Shown piece after piece: positions 62,352 through 64,000 of a DNA stretch of 64,000 bases. Made by a program: the position numbers and the translations under genes. The DNA lies in assembly GCA_000934665.2 (NCBI GenBank), contig KZ537967.1, positions 1-64,000 of the forward strand, given 5' to 3'. The stretch comes from Catajapyx aquilonaris (lineage: Eukaryota). The notes below the pieces were generated by a model. That model saw only the letters and a program-made list of their open reading frames with translations, did no database searches and had not been told where the DNA came from. Position 1 is the stretch's first letter; each line of letters begins with the position of its first letter.

Positions 62352-64000
62352 GTCTGTGGAGATATTTGGCAGTGGCAATAAAAAGCGATATAATCAAGCG
62401 GGTCCGGTTGCTCCTGTAATGCCAAGCCTTTTCTCACCCTTTTCTCCCCGGAGAAGTGCGGCTTGCAAGGGGATGAAGCCCGTATTATTGGGGGGCGCAA
62501 GGTACAGTTTGCGTGGAGCCCCCGAGCTTTTCCGGAGAAGGATTAGCGAGGAGGTCATCTGGCTTAGGACTCTTTGGGCTTATTTCCCTCGGGGTTTGAA
62601 GGCGCCGCGCCCAGTTGGGAGGATGTAGCTCAATCCCATTCATTGCACACAAGGGGGATTTGCTTGCTTGCCGAGCCAGAATGCACTCCTAGTCCCTAAA
62701 GGGCACAGGAAACACCCTAGCCTTCTTCACTTTTTACTCTCTGTTCTGCCACTTCTAGGCTGGGATGTGAAGCCAGAAGGATATGATGTGTACACTCAGA
62801 GAGGGTCTGATTATTCTGGAGAGTTAGTTGAGGCTGAATATTGTCCCATGAGAAAAAGGTAAACTTTTGTTCCCAGCATTGACCAGCACCCTTGCATATA
62901 TTCATGACAGCTAGTGACCAGAAAAGAGTGGTCACTCTTTTTTTCCCCTTGAGTCTCTCTTGGCATATCCCTGGGAGCAGATGTGCCACCTGCTAACTAA
63001 ATCGTGGACTTGGCACCGACAGGCTCCTGATTTGTATTCTATCTGCAGGACTTCTTCAGGCGCTGCAGCTGTGTCACTCCCCCCAATCTCGACACTAGCC
63101 GTGTTCAAATGGATTCCCAGTGGAGCCTTAAAGGGCCTCGAATGCTCTTCAAAGACAGGATTTCCTCAAATCCCGCCAGCAAGGCCTTTCACCCCCATCA
63201 TCTAGAGATATGAAGCACCCGAGCTGCATGCATTTTGATCTTCGATCTTGTTTTCAAACTCTAAAATTGACTCGAGTCGAGCTCTTGCACTACCCCATGT
63301 GCCATATTCTGAGTTACTAACACTATAGATGAATTTTTAGAAACGAGCGCGCGCACCCACACTCGCGCAGTTTTGGCAACGTCACGTCCCAAGCGTAGCG
63401 TTGGAAATCACCTGTCTCATCTAGGCTACTGCACAGATATCATTGACTAGCAGTGGACCTTTGACAAAAATATATAATTCTGCTCCATATTGAAGAGCAA
63501 TTAATCATTTTTGTCATTTCGATGAAGAATCATGGCAGACTGTTGGATGACTAATGAGCCGTTATTAATTACATTGCGGATTACTTTGCTGCTGTACAAT
63601 CTTTGAGAAAAAAAGGGGGGTCGGCCATGCATACTTTCACTTTCAAACAGTATTATCCTGGACATGCGGCGTACCTTGATGACAGGAGTGTCGTTTGGGT
63701 TGCATCCCGTCAGGATGTACACCCGGGGCGATTCCAATTTCCCCTAGGCCCCAGCGACTTTCGCCAATTTTCCCGCTCATTAAGGTCACGCTATTGACGC
63801 TCCGGAATGATATTCCTGTCCGACCAAAGCGGTCTGAAGTAATATAAAGCGCCACTTGGCTAGGCGGTGAATCACGCAAAATGGGGAGGGGTTTTACCCA
63901 AGGCAGAGAGCAGCTTCTAGGGTTAGGCAAAAACCTGGAATGCAAGCCATGCACTAAGGGATATACCCGGAAGGAAGGAAACCGCCAAAATTTATGCTTA

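Noticed and set aside
1..64000. CRISPR arrays, tRNA/rRNA genes, prokaryotic operons or defence systems
   Set aside because: No repeat-spacer periodicity, no cloverleaf or rRNA motifs seen; the DNA is intron-containing and eukaryotic.

Overview
Eukaryotic (arthropod-like) genomic DNA with spliceosomal GT-AG introns. There is no prokaryotic, CRISPR, rRNA or tRNA signal. The window holds the 5' two coding exons of HYPK (minus strand, 810-1230; last exon not found in the window). A cluster of five secreted Rebers-Riddiford (chitin_bind_4, CPR-type) cuticular protein genes follows: CP-A on the minus strand (10707->3404) and CP-B, -C, -D and -E on the plus strand (16079-17445, 20106-22928, 32134-39728, 50070-54226). 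I reconstructed all five by hand, including 12-33 nt first coding exons missed by the ORF track; each spliced CDS length is a multiple of 3. Non-coding DNA contains several palindromic MITEs (one with a clean 7-bp TSD), a five-copy dispersed CCAAT/GCGCATGCGC repeat, an interstitial (TTAGG)n tract, microsatellites and small N gaps. I found no convincing wholly new biological system. The best leads are the cluster architecture, a DxDxDG Ca-loop-like motif plus a Gly/His-rich tail in CP-E, and MITE-borne hairpins and motifs in or near the cuticle genes.
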